DNA of 64,000 nt from an uncultured Desulfobacter sp. (lineage in GTDB: Bacteria > Desulfobacterota > Desulfobacteria > Desulfobacterales > Desulfobacteraceae): assembly GCA_963665095.1 (NCBI GenBank), contig OY762069.1:5536001-5600000 (forward strand), in the 5' to 3' direction. The notes under the pieces were generated by a model. That model ran no database searches, was not told the DNA's origin, and worked only from the letters and a program-made list of their open reading frames with translations. This document shows positions 59,904 through 64,000 of the stretch, in pieces (the first letter of the stretch is position 1; every line of letters starts with the position of its first letter). The translations under genes and the position numbers were made by a program.

Positions 59904-61151
59904 ATGAACTCTTTTACTTTTTTATGCCGGACAAAAACCTGTTTCGGCCTCAACGCCCTTGAAAATATGCCCTTTGACCTGGCCGCCATGGGGTGCCGGA
60001 AACCCATGATTATCCAGGACAGATCAGCCCGTTTATCCGGTGCCGCCAAAACTATTGCCCGGGCATTCAGGGATTCGGCAATGACCCTGGGTATCAGTCC
60101 TCCCATACCGGAACCGGATGACAACCAGGATAATGACCTGCATGTCCAGTTCGTTAAAACAGCGCATGCAGCTTTTTCCGATCAGGGACACGACTCATTG
60201 ATCGCGTTAGGCGGCGCACAAACCGCACAAACGGCAAAAGCCCTGAACATGGCAATCACCCTGGGACCGCAGTCTTTAACAAAAGACACGGTGCACAACC
60301 GTTTATCTCCACTGGTATTTATTCCCCAGTCCGCTGCTGCCGGCCTTGCATCAACCGGCCGGATGCAGTTTAACAACAGGACTTTTCAGTCAGATTTTCT
60401 GGCTCCGGACCAGGTGATCATGGCGCCGGAACTGCTCATTCCTGAGGAAGACGACAGCCTGATTGACACGGCCCTTTTCTGCCTGGCCAAAGGTGCGGAG
60501 GTCCTGACTCTGTCTGCCAATCCCCTGGCATCGGCCTATGCACAGATCGTTGTCAGTCTGGCGGACCAGGTACTGAAAGGCATTTTAACAGCCGATCCAG
60601 GCAAAGTGCCTGGGACGGGCACGCTTAAAAAACAGGCCCTTACCCGGCAAAAGGCGCTTGTCCAGGCAGCGGTTATGGCCGGTTACCTTGACCGGCTGCC
60701 ATCACCACTGACCGCAATGGGAAAAATACTGAAGAAGAAAGCAGGGATATCCCCGGGCCAGGCCATGTGTCTTGTTCTGCCGGCCCTGCTGGAAACGGCA
60801 GCCGTCGGAGACGGAACCGGGGCACTGAACACAGCCCTGGAAGGCAGCACCTCTCCTGATTTTGATTCACTGTGGCTGGCCCTGGCAGGTTCCCGGAGCT
60901 TTGGTGAAGCCCCGGCTGTCCAGCGGCCATATGCCGCAATTCAGGCCATTCGGCAAATGCTTAACCGCCTGTATGGTTTTTCTTTGGGAAAGCGACCCAG
61001 ATCCCTTGCCGAAGCCGGATGGGAGGAATCGTCGTTGGTCCTGGCCTCAAAGGAATTATCGGAAAACAGTACATTTGCCGGTATGGATAGACCCTGGATT
61101 GAAACCCTATTTACCTTTGCCCTGACAGGGCGGCCCGTGGCAGGCATATAA
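59904..61151 (+). CDS. Iron-containing alcohol dehydrogenase homologue lacking the metal ligands
   Basis: Colinear with the next gene, but GGGS is GGAQ and the three His ligands are absent. Confidence 0.8.
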   Translation: MNSFTFLCRTKTCFGLNALENMPFDLAAMGCRKPMIIQDRSARLSGAAKTIARAFRDSAMTLGISPPIPEPDDNQDNDLHVQFVKTAHAAFSDQGHDSLIALGGAQTAQTAKALNMAITLGPQSLTKDTVHNRLSPLVFIPQSAAAGLASTGRMQFNNRTFQSDFLAPDQVIMAPELLIPEEDDSLIDTALFCLAKGAEVLTLSANPLASAYAQIVVSLADQVLKGILTADPGKVPGTGTLKKQALTRQKALVQAAVMAGYLDRLPSPLTAMGKILKKKAGISPGQAMCLVLPALLETAAVGDGTGALNTALEGSTSPDFDSLWLALAGSRSFGEAPAVQRPYAAIQAIRQMLNRLYGFSLGKRPRSLAEAGWEESSLVLASKELSENSTFAGMDRPWIETLFTFALTGRPVAGI

Positions 61152-61161
61152 AGGAGGCGCC

Positions 61162-62409
61162 ATGTATATTCCAGATTATTATGAATTCTGCTGCCGGGTC
61201 AACATTGTGGCCGGCCCCAGTGCCCTGGAACAGATCCCGGAGCTTCTTTCCGCCATGAAGGCCAAAACCCCTATGATCATCACGGATAAAGGGGTTATGG
61301 GTGCAGGGCTGGTGGATATTGTCACCCAGGCCTTAGGAAATGACGTAAAAATCGGCGCCATTGAAAGCGATGTGCCGCCGGATTCCGACGTAAAGCTGGT
61401 GGGCCGGCTGGCCAGTGTATACCGGGACAAGGGTTGTGATGCCATCATTGCCGTGGGCGGTGGCTCTGTTCTCGATACCGCCAAGGGCACCAATATCCTG
61501 GTGTCTGAAAACAGTGACGACCTGTTTGAATTCACCGGAGCGGGCCGGCTGACGCGCCCGTTGCGGCCGTTAATCGCCATTCCCACCACAGCGGGCACCG
61601 GCTCTGAAGTGACGCTGGTGGCGGTGATTGCCGACCACGGAAAAAACCGGAAAATGCTGTTCACCTCCTATGTTCTGCTGCCGGATGCCGCTGTGGTGGA
61701 TCCGCGCATGACCCTGACCCTTCCGCCCCATATCACGGCAGCCACGGCCATGGATGCCATGTCCCATGCGGTGGAGGCAAAGGTGATGCTCGGGGCCAAT
61801 CCTATAAGCAATGCCCATGCTCACAAGGCCATCTCCCTGATCAGCCGCTACCTGCCTTCCGTGCTTGAAAATCCGTCTGACAGCCAGGGACGTCTGGCAC
61901 TTGCCACGGCGGCCACCATGGCTGGCATGGCCTTTTCCAATGCCATGGTTGGCATGGTCCACGCGTTAGGTCACTCTGTGGGCGGGGTCTGCCATGTACC
62001 CCACGGCACCTGCATGGCCATTTTTCTGCCCTACGGTCTTGAATACAACCTGCACAAGGCAAAGGACCGTATCGCCGACCTGCTCTTCTACCTGGCCGGC
62101 CCGGATACCTTTACAGCCACCCCGCCGCAGGAGCGGGCAAAGGCCGCCATTAACTGGATACGCAAATTTAATCTGAAACTGAAGCACGCCACAGAGGGGC
62201 GACATGCCGTCTGCCTTAAAGAACTTCACACGCCCGACGGAACCCCTATGGTTCCTGAAGACCGATTACCTGACATTGCACGAATCGCCCAGGGCGACGG
62301 CGCGATTTTTTATAATCCCGAAGAGATGGATTATGATGATTTACTCATGGTGGCTACGGCAGCCTGGGAAGGGGTCCCACTGGATCTTTCAAAGATAAAA
62401 AAAGGATAG
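61162..62409 (+). CDS. Iron-containing alcohol dehydrogenase
   Basis: Motifs AVGGGSVLDTAKG, IPTTAGTGSEVT, DAMSHAVE, HALGH, PHG. Confidence 0.95.
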   Translation: MYIPDYYEFCCRVNIVAGPSALEQIPELLSAMKAKTPMIITDKGVMGAGLVDIVTQALGNDVKIGAIESDVPPDSDVKLVGRLASVYRDKGCDAIIAVGGGSVLDTAKGTNILVSENSDDLFEFTGAGRLTRPLRPLIAIPTTAGTGSEVTLVAVIADHGKNRKMLFTSYVLLPDAAVVDPRMTLTLPPHITAATAMDAMSHAVEAKVMLGANPISNAHAHKAISLISRYLPSVLENPSDSQGRLALATAATMAGMAFSNAMVGMVHALGHSVGGVCHVPHGTCMAIFLPYGLEYNLHKAKDRIADLLFYLAGPDTFTATPPQERAKAAINWIRKFNLKLKHATEGRHAVCLKELHTPDGTPMVPEDRLPDIARIAQGDGAIFYNPEEMDYDDLLMVATAAWEGVPLDLSKIKKG

Positions 62410-62421
62410 ACAGGAGGTCGG

Positions 62422-64000
62422 ATGCAGGAACGATTAAAAGGGGTCATGGGCAGAATCATGATGGTGGATCTGTCCGAGAACAGGATATCAGTGGAACCGG
62501 TATCGCCCAAGGTTTATGAAACTTTTTTGTCCGGGATGGGGCTGGCAGCCCATGTGCTTTACCACAAAATCCCGGCCGGGGCTGATCCGCTCGGTCCTGA
62601 TAATGTATTGGGATTTGTTTCCGGGCTTCTGACCGGCACCGGCTCCCTTTTCACAGGGCGCTGGATGGTGACAGGGCTCTCCCCTCTGACCGGGGGATGG
62701 GGGGAAGCCAACTGCGGGGGCTTTTTCTCTCCGGCTATCAAACGCTGCGGTGTGGACGGTATTTTCTTTAAGGGCATCAGCCCCAAACCTGTCTACCTCC
62801 ATGTGGATGACCAGACTGCCACGCTCAGAGATGCAGGCGAACTGTGGGGAAAAGATGCGGTGGAAACAGAAGACCTGCTCAAGGGAAAATATCCGGGCGC
62901 CAGGGTGGCCTGCATTGGTCCCGCCGGGGAGAAAATATCCCTGATTTCAGGGGTTTCCACAGACAGGGGCCGGATGGCAGCCCGGTCCGGCCTTGGGGCA
63001 GTCATGGGGGCCAAACAGCTTAAAGCGGTGGTGCTGGCCGGCAAAAAACGCATCCCGGTCCATGACCGGTCCGAGATGAAACGTTTAAGCGGAATCTGCA
63101 ATCGATGGGTTCAGTTCCAGCCCCCCTTTGTCCCGGGCTGGCTCACCGGGCCTATCGGGGCTCTGATGCGTATCCTGCCGGTGGTGGCTACCCAGGACGG
63201 TCTTTTATACAAGGTTCTCCTTCGCAAATGGGGCACCGCCGCCATGAATCAGCTCTCTGTGGAGATGGGGGATTCACCCATTAAAAACTGGGAGGGCACA
63301 AGTTCAGACTGGGGCTTTTTTAAATCCCTCTCATCCAACCCCGATGGATTTACCCGCCGGGAAACCCAGAAATTTCACTGCTATTCCTGCCCCCTGGGAT
63401 GTGGCGGGATCTGCACCACCAGTGGGAAATTTCCCGAAACCCATAAGCCTGAATATGAGACGGTCCTCTCCTTTGGCGGCTTTGTGATGAACAAGGACAT
63501 GGATTCCGTGTTCTACCTGAATGAGCTGCTCAACCGGGCCGGCATGGACACGATCTCCGCAGGCCATGCCGTGGCCTTTGCCATGGAATGCTATGAAAAG
63601 GGTATCATCACCCTGGCTGACACGGCTGGACAGTCCCTGGAATGGGGAAATCCAAAAGCAGTTGAATTCCTGGTGGAAAAAATGGTGGCCCGGCAGGGCA
63701 TTGGCGATCTTCTGGCCGACGGGGTAAAAAAGGCAGCGGAGCACTTTGGCGAATCCGCTAAAGAGGCGGCCATGCACTGCGGGGGGCAGGAACCAGCCAT
63801 GCATGACTCAAGAAATGATCCCGGATTTGCCCTCCATTACAGTGTGGAACCGGCGCCCGGACGCCACACCAACGGGGCCGGGTTATATTACGAAATGTAC
63901 CAGCTGTGGAAAAGGGTTAAAGGGGTGCCTAAAATCGGGCCGATGTACATGAAATCCGCCAAATATAAAAAGGATATCCACCACGCCCGGGTGGGCAAGG
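62422..64000 (+). CDS. aor: Aldehyde:ferredoxin oxidoreductase family (W/Mo), 3'-truncated by the window
   Basis: GGAGG ribosome-binding site and ATG 62422; motifs SPLTGGWGEANCGG, CIGPAGE, AARSGLGAVMGAKQLKA, CYSCPLGC, PEYET, GMDTIS. Confidence 0.93.
   Translation, partial: MQERLKGVMGRIMMVDLSENRISVEPVSPKVYETFLSGMGLAAHVLYHKIPAGADPLGPDNVLGFVSGLLTGTGSLFTGRWMVTGLSPLTGGWGEANCGGFFSPAIKRCGVDGIFFKGISPKPVYLHVDDQTATLRDAGELWGKDAVETEDLLKGKYPGARVACIGPAGEKISLISGVSTDRGRMAARSGLGAVMGAKQLKAVVLAGKKRIPVHDRSEMKRLSGICNRWVQFQPPFVPGWLTGPIGALMRILPVVATQDGLLYKVLLRKWGTAAMNQLSVEMGDSPIKNWEGTSSDWGFFKSLSSNPDGFTRRETQKFHCYSCPLGCGGICTTSGKFPETHKPEYETVLSFGGFVMNKDMDSVFYLNELLNRAGMDTISAGHAVAFAMECYEKGIITLADTAGQSLEWGNPKAVEFLVEKMVARQGIGDLLADGVKKAAEHFGESAKEAAMHCGGQEPAMHDSRNDPGFALHYSVEPAPGRHTNGAGLYYEMYQLWKRVKGVPKIGPMYMKSAKYKKDIHHARVGK

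Overview
A 64-kb window that reads like a sulfate-reducing Desulfobacteraceae-type genome. This is an inference from gene content: a Desulfovibrio-type bacterioferritin, periplasmic CbiK and an aldehyde:ferredoxin oxidoreductase (AOR). In order it contains: (1) the 3' end of a hybrid histidine kinase; (2) a TolC/PAS-MacA/ABC/MacB efflux operon collapsed by several internal deletions and indels; (3) a 14-gene minus-strand anaerobic cobalamin cluster (cbiK, an ABC transporter, cbiA, C, L, a membrane protein, cbiD, ET, F, G, H, P) under a cobalamin riboswitch with a leader terminator; (4) bfr, apparently frameshifted in an A7 run; (5) an IS4 remnant fused to a DEAD-box-like stub; (6) an XRE-PBP regulator divergent from modABC; (7) a DarB-type KAS III, a B12 radical SAM enzyme, a KS/CLF pair and two omptins; (8) a soluble protein with two Cache-like repeats; (9) an accessory envelope locus; (10) an orphan DGR-type variable-region remnant beside a redoxin; (11) a penicillin acylase family protein, a 7TM adenylate cyclase, a frameshifted radical SAM gene, an FAD oxidase with GntR, an enoyl-CoA hydratase, and an operon of inactive ADH, active ADH and AOR that runs off the window. 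Three copies of a ~152-bp palindromic MITE with 6-bp TAnnTA-like target duplications are dispersed through the window. The best candidate for an undescribed system is the envelope locus at 35954-47258. It combines a PorV/FadL-like barrel, an inner-membrane adenylate cyclase-TPR-CsgG/FlgT protein, a lipoprotein with the same CsgG/FlgT-like tail, and two exported proteins sharing a ~105-aa C-terminal domain. All family assignments come from motif recognition by eye; no database searches were run.
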